From a virus (taxonomy: Duplodnaviria; Caudoviricetes), in IMG/VR virus record IMGVR_UViG_3300033073_000980, positions 1 to 64,000 of that record: DNA of 64,000 nucleotides; one strand, written 5' to 3'. A program made the position numbers and the translations under genes. The notes beneath the pieces were generated by a model that was given only the letters and a program-made list of their open reading frames with translations, was not told the origin of the DNA and searched no databases. Shown piece after piece: positions 16,244-26,301 of the stretch (position 1 is the stretch's first letter; each line of letters starts with the position of its first letter).

Positions 16244-16607
16244 AAGACTTCTCTTCAACAAACAAGGAACCGGTTAGTAGATTAATTTCTTTTTTAACCT
16301 CTGCTCTCTTATCATTCGTCCGGTAAATTTCTCTAGCTAACCTAATAAACTCTTCGTCAAATAATTTAGCTTTTTCCTTCATTCGAATATCATCTTCTAG
16401 ATCCCATAGAGCTTCGTTAACCTCTTTGACTTTGCTGTAAAGAGCAAACACCTGACTGTCTTCTAAAAGTTTAGAACCTATTTTAGTAAGCTCTTGATAC
16501 TCTGTTCGAATGTTTTTTAGTTTACTTTCATCCGCAATACGTTCTGATTTAATTTGTAAGATGCTAATCTTATCTAACAACTCTCCATCTGATATTTCTA
16601 CTTTCAT
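16230..16607 (-). CDS. DUF6165-like protein
   Basis: VEISDGELLDKISILQIK...VNEALWDLEDDIR...AR.IY.TND.RA..K..IN. Confidence 0.75.
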   Translation of the reverse strand: MKVEISDGELLDKISILQIKSERIADESKLKNIRTEYQELTKIGSKLLEDSQVFALYSKVKEVNEALWDLEDDIRMKEKAKLFDEEFIRLAREIYRTNDKRAEVKKEINLLTGSLFVEEKSYEQY

Positions 16608-17332
16608 AAGTTTATTTTGTAATTATTTGATTTAATCCATTTTATGTTTTCTAACTCTGTTGAGATTTCCTCTAGAGTGTACTCGATATTATTATAACCA
16701 ATATGCCTGTATTCATAAGCCTTGTGGTAAAGCACTTTACCTTCATAGAAGTCTTTCTGATCTTGTTCTGGTTTAAGATGTATCGCTCCATTATCATCAT
16801 GATACAGGCAAAAATAAGTACCTTCAGACTGTCTCACTACTGGAATGCCAGCCCATCTTAGTCTTTCTCTTAGGTCCTCATCTTCGTTACCCCATCCTTT
16901 ATATAGAGGATTCAAACCGTTAATAACCTCAAACTGTTCTCTTGACATCATCACAACTCCTCCGTAGAAGTTAGGATCGATTGCTTGAGAGAAGCTTCTA
17001 TAACCTCCCGGAATGTCATGTTCAGGTCTTAAGCTTGCATTATCCTTATCTAAGAAAAATGCCTTTGCTCCCATCAACGTAACAGTCCCGGTAAAGGTAT
17101 AATCTAAATCATCTGCAGGATAGTAATCTACTTGATGTAAGATAATAACATCGCCAGTTGCTTCTCTAAAGCCAATATTATTTACAATAGCAATCTGAAA
17201 GTTATCCTGGTTGCCTTGCTCTGAGATTATTATCTCATAATCTTTATCTGCGAACTTGTCTTGAAGTCTTGGAAGTAGAACTTCAAGATGTTCCTCTCTA
17301 TTGCGGTAAGGTATAATAATTGAGTATTTCAT
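16604..17332 (-). CDS. GT7-like (galactosyltransferase) glycosyltransferase
   Basis: IIIPYRNREEHL, N.GF.EA, FYGGVV...F..INGL...Y.GWGNEDEDL. Confidence 0.85.
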   Translation of the reverse strand: MKYSIIIPYRNREEHLEVLLPRLQDKFADKDYEIIISEQGNQDNFQIAIVNNIGFREATGDVIILHQVDYYPADDLDYTFTGTVTLMGAKAFFLDKDNASLRPEHDIPGGYRSFSQAIDPNFYGGVVMMSREQFEVINGLNPLYKGWGNEDEDLRERLRWAGIPVVRQSEGTYFCLYHDDNGAIHLKPEQDQKDFYEGKVLYHKAYEYRHIGYNNIEYTLEEISTELENIKWIKSNNYKINL

Positions 17333-18098
17333 CTCCAAATCTATCGTACTGGTGTATGATTGTATAATCTTTTAAATTGTTCAAATCAAACTTAACTACC
17401 CCTTCTTTAATAACATGAAGATGAATAGCAAACTTATCCTCCAGGCTTGTAAAGGTTGTTTTGTGTTTGTAAGAATTTCTTGTAAGATAATTAAAAGAAG
17501 TCTGATCGGCAACTTTAAATTTACCACAAGACATTAAATAAATATCCTTACATAAAGCCTCAACATCTTCTTTACCTCCTCCAAAGACTCCAACATTTAA
17601 AACTTCCTCCTGTACCAAATCTAATCCTAAGAATCCTAAATTGGTATAGAGGTGCTCTAAGTTCCATCCATGATCTCTGTACTTAACAACCTCTCCTGTC
17701 GCTATAATTCCTTCTTTAGGTACTCTAGGGAAAGGTGATTGAGTAAATATAACATCTTTAACGTCTGTTATAAAAACTTTCTCGTAGTTAGAATCTCTAA
17801 GGAAATTAGCAATATGTAAAAACCGAACGTTATGTACTAGGTTGTAGGAACTCTCCGGAGTTACTCTTCCGGTATCTGTTAAAAACTCATCTTGTGATTC
17901 TCCGAAGAAGTTAACCTGTGGAAGATACACATCAACATTATTTTCGGCTAAGTACGGTACTAAGGGTGAATTTTCATCTCCGTTGTATAAGTAGAGTGCT
18001 CTCTTAGTATCTTCGAAGTTGGATGTCTTAACCCAGTTCTCAATATCCTTAACAGAATAATTTGCACTTATTGCTCCTATTAGTAGATTAGCTTTCAT
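17298..18098 (-). CDS. nucleotide-diphospho-sugar transferase-like protein
   Basis: VFITDVKDVIF DxD-type motif, LNVGVFGG, DQTSFNYL. Confidence 0.65.
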   Translation of the reverse strand: MKANLLIGAISANYSVKDIENWVKTSNFEDTKRALYLYNGDENSPLVPYLAENNVDVYLPQVNFFGESQDEFLTDTGRVTPESSYNLVHNVRFLHIANFLRDSNYEKVFITDVKDVIFTQSPFPRVPKEGIIATGEVVKYRDHGWNLEHLYTNLGFLGLDLVQEEVLNVGVFGGGKEDVEALCKDIYLMSCGKFKVADQTSFNYLTRNSYKHKTTFTSLEDKFAIHLHVIKEGVVKFDLNNLKDYTIIHQYDRFGDEILNYYTLPQ

Positions 18099-18912
18099 TA
18101 AAGTTAATGTAGTTAATTTGTGGGTTAACGAACCATCCAATGTTCTTAGAATACTTCTCCTCACCTATCCAGTGATAAGCATCTCCAGTCATTGGTAGTT
18201 CGATAATTCTTTTCTTATCTAAAGCAGAAGCAATAGAAGAAGGTCCTGATAGGTTTCCTACATACAAAGCTGCTGAATTGATTACTGTAAACCAATTATT
18301 TACATCTCCTATCTGATAGAACTCACATTGATCTCTGAATGGAAATAGATCGTAATCTTTCTTCTCAGTACCAATAAACACAACCTGTCCTGGGTAAGCT
18401 TCCATAATGCTCTGATAAGGAAAATCATTATTGATTCTAGAATGGCTGTACCTTCTGTTAATAATAACCTTATCAGCGAAGTAAGGATCGATCTTATCAA
18501 ACTTTATCCATTGAGCTGGTCCTTTAAGTTCAAAGTTAAAAGTTAAACTCAAAATCTCAGACCAACAAGTCTTGTATAGGTGAGGAGATCTCATAAAGTC
18601 TTCTAAGTGTATAAATCCTTCTTGGATTAGTTTAGGTTCATAGACTTCAATAGGTCCGCTAATTACATTAGGATTAGTAGGAACTATCTTAAAGTTCTCA
18701 AGCATTTGAAAGGAATTAACGAACGGCTGATTCATTACTATGTCAAGTAACTCCTTGTATGCCGTATCAGTTCCTAATTCAAATCCTCCTTCAACATGGT
18801 AGAGGTAAATATCTGCCTGCGTATTATTCTTCTCACATATGTGTTTCATAGCAAACATCATATGCACAAAGTCTCCAAGCTTACCGCAGATAGTAAAGTT
18901 TTGAGTTCTCAT
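18088..18912 (-). CDS. GT9-like GT-B glycosyltransferase
   Basis: GKLGDFVHMM, INSAALYVGNLSGPSSIASAL. Confidence 0.65.
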   Translation of the reverse strand: MRTQNFTICGKLGDFVHMMFAMKHICEKNNTQADIYLYHVEGGFELGTDTAYKELLDIVMNQPFVNSFQMLENFKIVPTNPNVISGPIEVYEPKLIQEGFIHLEDFMRSPHLYKTCWSEILSLTFNFELKGPAQWIKFDKIDPYFADKVIINRRYSHSRINNDFPYQSIMEAYPGQVVFIGTEKKDYDLFPFRDQCEFYQIGDVNNWFTVINSAALYVGNLSGPSSIASALDKKRIIELPMTGDAYHWIGEEKYSKNIGWFVNPQINYINFNES

Positions 18913-19541
18913 TAAATTCTTTTCTTAAAGCAACCTGTTAAGATGTTTGGTGATAATGTTTTATCAACTCGAACCTTATCTTCAAGATTGCAATAATTAA
19001 TCATATCAAAGCCTTGTCTGTTCATAAATGCTTCTAAGCTCTTTTCTGTAAAATGATATAGATGTTCATCAGGCTTTCTATGCTTCCAGGTTTCAAACCA
19101 AATATCATCTAACCCATTAACACACCAAGGCAAGCTGATAACAGCATACTTACATTGTAGATTCTTAACAAATTCAATATCACTGAAATGTTCTAAGCTA
19201 TCAAAGAAGGTAATAACATCAGCATACTGACTGGTAATATCTTCAACAAAATCGATACCTGGGTTTAATGGGTAGGCTGGTTGAATATCATTTCCGTAGA
19301 GTTCTGGGATAAATCCGCGACAAGACTCTAAAAAGTCTCCATTGCCGTATCCTACATCCATAAGCGACTTAGGAACCTCTCCAGTAGCACCGATGATGTA
19401 ACCTAATCGCAGGTTTAAAATATTCCCCCTATCGCTAAAATGAGAATACCTACTGTCGGAATAATCGATATCGTAGTTGTAGGGTTTGTGTTCGATTTGC
19501 TTGATAACACCGTCTTGTGTTAATTCATAATTGTTTAACAT
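18912..19541 (-). CDS. class I SAM-dependent methyltransferase
   Basis: MDVGYGNGDFL, DVITFFDSLEHF, PDEHLYHFT..SL. Confidence 0.85.
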   Translation of the reverse strand: MLNNYELTQDGVIKQIEHKPYNYDIDYSDSRYSHFSDRGNILNLRLGYIIGATGEVPKSLMDVGYGNGDFLESCRGFIPELYGNDIQPAYPLNPGIDFVEDITSQYADVITFFDSLEHFSDIEFVKNLQCKYAVISLPWCVNGLDDIWFETWKHRKPDEHLYHFTEKSLEAFMNRQGFDMINYCNLEDKVRVDKTLSPNILTGCFKKRI

Positions 19542-19584
19542 AGTATTTTATTATAAGAATTAATTTAGTAAAAAACAACTTCTT

Positions 19585-20412
19585 TTATGAAAAGTCATCA
19601 TCTGTTGCCCAATATGCATGACCGCCTCTTTCTGTCTCCATAACATCGTAGTGGTATTGCGGCATTCCATTTTTAGGCCACTGCATTTGTATTTTGGGAA
19701 AAAGTAAAAACAGCTCCTCCATAACTTCTTGACTTGTCTGTAAAGCTTCTGATACTTTAGGTGCTTTGTCTTTTAAATATGTATCAGGATCGGTAAGGTG
19801 TTTTGCTGCTTCTTGATTATACTTTGCAACATAAGGAGTAGTCAAATACACTTCTGATCTTGTGTAGAGTTCTTCATAAGGTCTTTGTAGAGCTACTTCA
19901 TCGTACCAAGAGTTATCATACTCAATATTAAATAATGTTAGGAGATCTTCTTTCCTTCCCCAAAAGATATGATCAATAGGATGGTAAGGATAATCTCTAC
20001 ACATACCCATAATACCAATCTTTGCGAAAGGTTTCGGACCTTCTTGAAAGTATTGTGAATTAATTTCGTTCTTACTAAAGTAGTAATCGTAAAGTCTTAA
20101 CATGCTCTCTAAAGATACTATTTGATCTGCTCGCATCTTTATTACGTAATCAGCAGCTGTTGCTTTGATACCTTCGTAAGAAGATTTGATTAGCCGGTTA
20201 CGATTCCAGCTTCCAGGAAATTCAACATCTTTATTTTTAAGAACATAAATTTTTGGATTTTCCCAATCAATCATACTATCATCAATATCCGGACAGGTTT
20301 CCCAGCAAGATATAACAACAGCATTTACATAAGGTAGCTTAGTATAATGATCAGCAATTCTAGCTGTGTATGGCTGTAGAGGGCCTTGCAGTACAATATC
20401 CACAGGTATCAT
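19585..20412 (-). CDS. WavE lipopolysaccharide-synthesis-like protein
   Basis: IVLQGP, VISCW, YVIKMRAD, YHPIDHIFWG...L..LF. Confidence 0.7.
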   Translation of the reverse strand: MIPVDIVLQGPLQPYTARIADHYTKLPYVNAVVISCWETCPDIDDSMIDWENPKIYVLKNKDVEFPGSWNRNRLIKSSYEGIKATAADYVIKMRADQIVSLESMLRLYDYYFSKNEINSQYFQEGPKPFAKIGIMGMCRDYPYHPIDHIFWGRKEDLLTLFNIEYDNSWYDEVALQRPYEELYTRSEVYLTTPYVAKYNQEAAKHLTDPDTYLKDKAPKVSEALQTSQEVMEELFLLFPKIQMQWPKNGMPQYHYDVMETERGGHAYWATDDDFS

Positions 20413-20867
20413 ATCATCTGCCTAAGTACGTTTAGGTGATCTGAACATACACCGTAAGTTTGTTCAGCTAAGTAACCATACCCTTCAATGCTCTCCAAGT
20501 CTAGTAACGGTATAATAGATCTGTTACTGGTAGAAGTTAAATCGTGAGACCAGATTAGATTAGTATTGTTAATAATGCTCTGGCTTTCTTGTTCGTGAAA
20601 GAATACTCTCAGTCCTGTCTCAATCAAGGAATTTAAACTTTCAAAATCTTTAGCATGTATCCAAAGGTCATTTTTCCTTTCTAACAGCCATTCTAACTCT
20701 ACCCTATATTGAGGGAAATCATGCCCAAGATACAGCTGCCCTTCTTTTGTTCGAACATCAATCTCAACATTATACCCTAAAGTAATAGTATCCTGGATGT
20801 AGCTAGGTCGGTTTTCGGACTCAGGTATCCTACCTGTAATGTTTCCTCTATGTGAAATTAAAATCAT
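20409..20867 (-). CDS. PLC-like / GDPD phosphodiesterase
   Basis: ISHRGN, EN, VEIDVR, LGHD, LWIHAKD. Confidence 0.8.
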   Translation of the reverse strand: MILISHRGNITGRIPESENRPSYIQDTITLGYNVEIDVRTKEGQLYLGHDFPQYRVELEWLLERKNDLWIHAKDFESLNSLIETGLRVFFHEQESQSIINNTNLIWSHDLTSTSNRSIIPLLDLESIEGYGYLAEQTYGVCSDHLNVLRQMI

Positions 20868-21214
20868 AATTCTTCTATTCGTTTTGCTTTATCATCAATA
20901 ACTAAATCGTAAAGAGGTTTCTTATCACCAACCTCTAGCTTATGGAACTTTGCTCCCCAATCTGTTAATTGTTTGAGAGTTAATGCTCGATACTCTTCCA
21001 TACGTTCTTTGTTAGTCGGATCAGAACTTCCTCTTGCTGTCCAATAAGTAATAATCCACCCTTCGTCGTAAAGCTTATTTACCTTTTCAATATTCTCCTG
21101 ATTTGGTATGGCTAGTTCATAAATTCTATCTCCTTCATAAAAGCAGATTGTTTCATCTATATCAACAAAAGCTATAGGAGTAGCGTTGTTTTTACTGTGT
21201 ATCTCCTTGTTCAT
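20864..21214 (-). CDS. HAD-superfamily phosphatase (capsule-biosynthesis type)
   Basis: VDIDETI, YWTARG, KP.YDLVIDDKA. Confidence 0.85.
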   Translation of the reverse strand: MNKEIHSKNNATPIAFVDIDETICFYEGDRIYELAIPNQENIEKVNKLYDEGWIITYWTARGSSDPTNKERMEEYRALTLKQLTDWGAKFHKLEVGDKKPLYDLVIDDKAKRIEEL

Positions 21215-22022
21215 TATACTTCCTCCAGTACTTATAAGTTCTAACTAAATCCTCTTCGTTCCTAATCTGCAAACCTTTTAAGATTGTTTGCCATGCTTCG
21301 AAGTTCTCAACTTCTTCCGGAGTACCGAACACAGTAACGAAATCAGTTGGGTAACAAGTTACTTTTAAATTATCTTGAATCAGAAGATTATAGACTAAGG
21401 TAACGTAATATTCTCCGTTGTAGTTTATATCTAAGTCCATCAGCTTCTGAAAGTATTTCTTAATGTATGCTCCTTTTTTAAAATAATAGGTACCTGTAGA
21501 GGCATGTTCCTGCATTGGATCTTCCGTGTAAGGCTCTTTCTCTTTTATTTCAGAAACTACTAAGTTACTTTCTTTCATATAAGCCATAAAAGTAGAACTT
21601 AGTCGATGAGGATGAAAACCAACATGACTTAAGATACAACCATCACTTTCACTTTCTCTAACCCATTTTTTAAAATCTACGTAGTTCCATAGGTAGGGAT
21701 TGTCGCAGTAGCAAACGATAACTTCTTCATTATCATCAATATACTTCTCCATCCCAATCATAGTATAAACCGGACCTTTCTTATGTGAAGGTACTAAAGC
21801 AATAGTTGCACCAGGTCTAATTTGATTTATGATCTCCCTCATAGGGGTTGTTGCTAAATGGTAGTCGTTACATATAAAAATCAACTCATCTTCAGCATCG
21901 AACATTCCACAGATGTACTCAAGGATTCTTTTTCCATTAACTGTGATAAGTGGTTTTGGATCTGAGTAACCTGCTGCAACAAATCGATTGCCAAACCCGG
22001 CCATTGGTATAATTACTTTCAT
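21192..22022 (-). CDS. sugar-phosphate nucleotidyltransferase
   Basis: IIPMAGFGNRF...PKPLI, VSEIKEK, STGTYYF, GEYYV, FGTPEE. Confidence 0.85.
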   Translation of the reverse strand: MKVIIPMAGFGNRFVAAGYSDPKPLITVNGKRILEYICGMFDAEDELIFICNDYHLATTPMREIINQIRPGATIALVPSHKKGPVYTMIGMEKYIDDNEEVIVCYCDNPYLWNYVDFKKWVRESESDGCILSHVGFHPHRLSSTFMAYMKESNLVVSEIKEKEPYTEDPMQEHASTGTYYFKKGAYIKKYFQKLMDLDINYNGEYYVTLVYNLLIQDNLKVTCYPTDFVTVFGTPEEVENFEAWQTILKGLQIRNEEDLVRTYKYWRKYNEQGDTQ

Positions 22023-23491
22023 AAACTTTTTCTATATTTTTCTGATTCTAAACTTAAAAGCTCAAACATATTTTCGCTTGATAGTATATGTCGGGACTGT
22101 AAAGTTTCTGTAATGTAATGAATATAATTGTTAAAAGCAAGCACTTCTTGATTTTGTTTCTTATCCGAAAAGATAACAGCATCAGGGAAGTAGAAATAAG
22201 GACTTTTTTTCTCCTTGGCAAAATCTAAAGTAAAGCTTCTAAAGTTTGGTATTTGTTCTTGTAAGTACTTCTGTGCTTGACCTACTACATCAATAGTAGT
22301 TAATAAAGCTTCTTGTTTTGAATCTGAACTTATAACCACTCCGTGATTTTGTAGAAATATAATATCTGACTTAGCATCTAGGTTTTCTAAGTCTTTAAAT
22401 AAAGAATAACCGGGAGTTGTATAAGGAAGGTAGTTATACTTATACCCTTTATAAAGTTCTTTAATAATTTCTTCTGAGTTGCCTAAGCAAAGTAAAGCTG
22501 TTAAATAAACCGGGTGTAAGTGTATAGTATACTTTTTTAATAAAGCATGTAGCCCCACTTCCATAGAAGGTCTCTTACCTGTATAAAACAGTTCGGATTC
22601 GAATAAAGCATCATACCCCTCAGAAGATGTAATGTTACTCATTGTGTTTGGACGAACAATTGAATAGCCATCCACTCTACTAACATTCTTCATATGTGTT
22701 CCTGAAGCTTTTATAAGCATATAATCTCCGGCTTTAACTGAAATATTTCCTCCTGTATGTTGACATAGGTTAATGTCCGATCCAAGGTTATTAGAAAGTT
22801 CAATAAAGTCTTTTATACTCTGGTTATAGTCCTTAACGAAGGAAAATAAAAGCTCATTGGAAGATTTAACAAACCGGTATGTTATAACAACATCAACTAT
22901 CTCATTTTTATCCCCAATGTTGTTGATTGGCTTTTCCGGAACCATATCAACAATGACATCTGCAACAGCGATCTGCTTTTCATTTATCTTAACAGCGTCA
23001 GGCTTTCTCCTATTAATTGCATCTATAACAGCACTATACTTATAACCTCTTTTTTCAGTATCTCTAATTATCTTCCAGTGAGTACGTAATGTTTCATCTG
23101 TATTAATAAAGATTTTAAGATCGGTCAACTCTTGAGCTTTCTCGGTATAGAATGCATGAAGTCCTTGGTTAATAATAATTCTACTAGGTTTGATCTTTAC
23201 CGGTGCTTTAAACGTTCCTGTATTGTGATCATAAGTAGATCGGTATATAGAATTACCATTAGTTAGTTCCTCAAGTTGTAAATCTCCCAACTCCAAGTTA
23301 TTAGCTTCTGGGTTTAGGTGGGTGAACTTATCCCAATTAGGGCTTGTTCTTTCCCACCTATGTAAGTCATCCGTACTAAGACTAATCGTATTTTCAGCTC
23401 CAAAAAATAAGCGAACAATATTAGTCATTGTAGATTTACCTACTCCAGACTCTCCAGCAATACCTATTATATAAGGTTTTACTAAACTCAT
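22019..23491 (-). CDS. fusion of uridine kinase/phosphoribulokinase-type P-loop domain and class II aldolase-like domain
   Basis: IGIAGESGVGKST, STDDLHR, QGLHAF in the N-half; GGNISVK, IKASG, RPSMEV.LH, HLHP, FLQNHGV in the C-half. Confidence 0.8.
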   Translation of the reverse strand: MSLVKPYIIGIAGESGVGKSTMTNIVRLFFGAENTISLSTDDLHRWERTSPNWDKFTHLNPEANNLELGDLQLEELTNGNSIYRSTYDHNTGTFKAPVKIKPSRIIINQGLHAFYTEKAQELTDLKIFINTDETLRTHWKIIRDTEKRGYKYSAVIDAINRRKPDAVKINEKQIAVADVIVDMVPEKPINNIGDKNEIVDVVITYRFVKSSNELLFSFVKDYNQSIKDFIELSNNLGSDINLCQHTGGNISVKAGDYMLIKASGTHMKNVSRVDGYSIVRPNTMSNITSSEGYDALFESELFYTGKRPSMEVGLHALLKKYTIHLHPVYLTALLCLGNSEEIIKELYKGYKYNYLPYTTPGYSLFKDLENLDAKSDIIFLQNHGVVISSDSKQEALLTTIDVVGQAQKYLQEQIPNFRSFTLDFAKEKKSPYFYFPDAVIFSDKKQNQEVLAFNNYIHYITETLQSRHILSSENMFELLSLESEKYRKSL

Positions 23492-24717
23492 TACTTACCA
23501 ATAATCTCAAATTTAGGACAGGGTACAATAAACTTACCGCCTTCATTTAAGAAGTCTTGCTCTCTTGAAACAAATTCACTGATAAAATGCCAAGGTAGTA
23601 CCAATAAGTAATCAGGCTTAGCTGCTCTCATTTCATCTTCTGAGATGATTGGAATGTTTGTTCCGATTGTTTTTAATCCAAACTTATAAGGACTGCGTTC
23701 GGCAATAGCTGTAATTAAAGTATGATCTAATTCAAAGTACTGAAGTAATGTATTTCCTTTTGTTGATGCTCCATAACCGTAAACAGTCTTTCCTTTGGCA
23801 ACTTCTTCTTTGATAAAAGAAACTGTTTGCTCTTTTAAAGCATCAATCTGTTTTTGATATTCTGCCCATACTTCTGGAGATTCGATATTGATCTTTTCTT
23901 CTAAAGAAAGAATAGATTGAATGCGATAATTACAAACATCTCTAAGTGGTGAAGTTCCAAACGATGTAAGTTCAGCATTATTCTTCTGTACGTAGATGCG
24001 GAAGCTTCCTCCGTTAACGTCATTTAGTTCACAGTCAACAATCTTCAAGCCATGGTTGGCGAATAGATTCATAACTGTTTTTAGTGAGTAGTAATAACGA
24101 TGCTCATGGCAAATGTTATCAAATGCAAGTTGTTGAATCATTAATGGAGTATAACTCAATTGTAATACCCAAACCCCATTATCATCTAAGATTCTAGTAA
24201 CATCATTTACAAAAGGATTTGGATCAGATAAGTCGTAAAACATTGCAATAGTTGTAATTATTTTTGCTTTCTTATCTCCATGACCTGTTCTCTGATAAGC
24301 ATCATAAGAAAAATAGTCTTGAATAACTGTTCCATACTTAGAAGACTCTTGGTAAAAAGAATCATCGCAGGGATCGATTCCTAGCTTAATAAACTCACCA
24401 GGTATCTGTTTAAGTAAAGTACCATCATTGCAAGCAATGTCTAACCAGACATCTCCTTCTTTGTATTTAACTCTGGAGGTAATCTCATTAACGATATTAC
24501 CTAACTCTTTTGTCATAGTAGCATTAATACCAGAACGGTACCAGTACTTACCCCACATTGTCTCGTTAGGAGCATCTTCTACTAACCTGACAGCACCAGT
24601 GCTTTCTTCTATTTGTAGATCCAAACTGTATTTGTTTCTACCTTCGTAATCTGTTTCATCTTTAATAAAATCTGAAACGTAGTGTGAATTTAATTTTAAT
24701 ACTGTATTTGTTCTCAT
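23491..24717 (-). CDS. NDP-sugar C-methyltransferase
   Basis: YWYRSG, LDIACNDGTLL, FDNICHEH..YYS, YGYGASTKGNTLL, LVLPWHF..E. Confidence 0.85.
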   Translation of the reverse strand: MRTNTVLKLNSHYVSDFIKDETDYEGRNKYSLDLQIEESTGAVRLVEDAPNETMWGKYWYRSGINATMTKELGNIVNEITSRVKYKEGDVWLDIACNDGTLLKQIPGEFIKLGIDPCDDSFYQESSKYGTVIQDYFSYDAYQRTGHGDKKAKIITTIAMFYDLSDPNPFVNDVTRILDDNGVWVLQLSYTPLMIQQLAFDNICHEHRYYYSLKTVMNLFANHGLKIVDCELNDVNGGSFRIYVQKNNAELTSFGTSPLRDVCNYRIQSILSLEEKINIESPEVWAEYQKQIDALKEQTVSFIKEEVAKGKTVYGYGASTKGNTLLQYFELDHTLITAIAERSPYKFGLKTIGTNIPIISEDEMRAAKPDYLLVLPWHFISEFVSREQDFLNEGGKFIVPCPKFEIIGK

Positions 24718-25670
24718 TTGTTTAAATCATGGTTAACCATTTTTGTAATCATCTCTTCGAATGAGGTCTTAGGAGCCCACCCTAAATGATTGTTTATTTT
24801 ACTGTAATCTCCTTTTAGGTCCTGTATGTCGTTATTACGGACAAACTTCGGATTAATTGTAATATAAGTACTGTAGTCAGTTATTCCAACTGCTTTGAAA
24901 GCAACTTCCAACAAATACCTTAAAGAATGAGATTGATTGGTTGATATCACAAAATCTTCCGGAGTATCATTCTGCAACATTAGCCACATAGCTTCAACGA
25001 AGTCAGGAGCATATCCCCAGTCTCTTGTAATATCTAAGTTTCCTAATTCAATAGTATCTATTTCTCCTTTAGCTATTTTAGCTACCCCATTAGTAATCTT
25101 TCTAGTAACAAATTCCAAACCTCTTCTTTCTGATTCGTGGTTGAAACTAATTCCATTACAAGCAAATAGTCCGTACGACTCTCTATAGTTTCTAATAATC
25201 CATTGAGCGTATAGTTTAGCTACTCCGTAAGGGGATTTTGGATAAGGAATAGTCTGCTCGTTAGCTGTAGTGTATTTTAAGTTACCAAAAATTTCGCTAG
25301 TGCCAGCTTGATAGAACTTAATCTCAGGATTGACTTGTTTAATTGCTTCCAGGAATCTCAATACGCCAACACCATTTACGTTAGCGGTATACTCTGGAGT
25401 AATCCAGCTATTCGGTGCAAAAGATACTGCACCAAAGTTATAAATTTCATCTGGGTTAGCTTGTGTAACTGCTTTATATAAGGATGCTTGGTCATTTATG
25501 TCGACTTGTAGAAAGTTTATTTTATCTTGAATATCTGAAATATTATCTTTCTTAGACGTGTTTATATCTCTAGTTGTTCCGTAGACAGTATAACCTTTCT
25601 CTAAAAGGAAATCTGCCATATGGCTTCCAACCATTCCAGTAACTCCTGTTATAAGTGCTGTCTTTGTCAT
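24714..25670 (-). CDS. gmd: GDP-mannose 4,6-dehydratase
   Basis: ALITGVTG..GS, EIYN.GA.S, YQAGTSE.FG, P.SPYGVAKLY, FNHES.RRG..FVTRKI, RDWGYA.D. Confidence 0.92.
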   Translation of the reverse strand: MTKTALITGVTGMVGSHMADFLLEKGYTVYGTTRDINTSKKDNISDIQDKINFLQVDINDQASLYKAVTQANPDEIYNFGAVSFAPNSWITPEYTANVNGVGVLRFLEAIKQVNPEIKFYQAGTSEIFGNLKYTTANEQTIPYPKSPYGVAKLYAQWIIRNYRESYGLFACNGISFNHESERRGLEFVTRKITNGVAKIAKGEIDTIELGNLDITRDWGYAPDFVEAMWLMLQNDTPEDFVISTNQSHSLRYLLEVAFKAVGITDYSTYITINPKFVRNNDIQDLKGDYSKINNHLGWAPKTSFEEMITKMVNHDLNK

Positions 25671-25672
25671 AA

Positions 25673-26296
25673 TTAACCTACATACTTAAAAAGATAGTGA
25701 TCCTCGAAGGATACTTTTTCCCACTCGTACCCAGGTAGCAATGCCTGCACAGCTTGTACTGTAACTCCTAAATGTATCTCAACCATAACATCAGGATGAC
25801 TTGCTGCAATCAGTTCTTGAGCTCCTTTTAGTACTTCCAATTCTAATCCTTCAACATCAATCTTAATAAAAGTTACATCTTTAAAAGCATAACTATCTAA
25901 CGTTTTTATCTGTATTGGATGTCCAGAATCTCCTAATTTAGAGGTTCCTGAGTTGTGATTTACATCCCCAGCTGTATCTAAAAACCCCTCTTTATTTGTA
26001 GATGAGATACCTACTTCGTAAATTTCGCAAGTAGGGCAGTTCTTATAGAGTAGGGGTAGGTTATCCGGATGTGGTTCAAAGCAAACAACCCTTTTAGCTT
26101 CACAGACTTCTTTAAAGAAAAAAGCATGATTTCCTATATTAGCTCCAACATCTATAACAAAGTCAAAAGACTTTACTTTTTCATGCAACGGAGTTAACAG
26201 CCACTCTTCAAAGAAGGTATTTTTTTCCGAGGCTATTCTACCTATTAAGTCGGGATGGTAATGTACTGCGTATTCTTTATCTTTGTATTTGATCAT
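25673..26296 (-). CDS. FkbM-family methyltransferase
   Basis: IDVGANIGNH, FEPHP.N, FIKIDVEGLELEVLKGA. Confidence 0.9.
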   Translation of the reverse strand: MIKYKDKEYAVHYHPDLIGRIASEKNTFFEEWLLTPLHEKVKSFDFVIDVGANIGNHAFFFKEVCEAKRVVCFEPHPDNLPLLYKNCPTCEIYEVGISSTNKEGFLDTAGDVNHNSGTSKLGDSGHPIQIKTLDSYAFKDVTFIKIDVEGLELEVLKGAQELIAASHPDVMVEIHLGVTVQAVQALLPGYEWEKVSFEDHYLFKYVG

Positions 26297-26301
26297 AGTA
26301 A

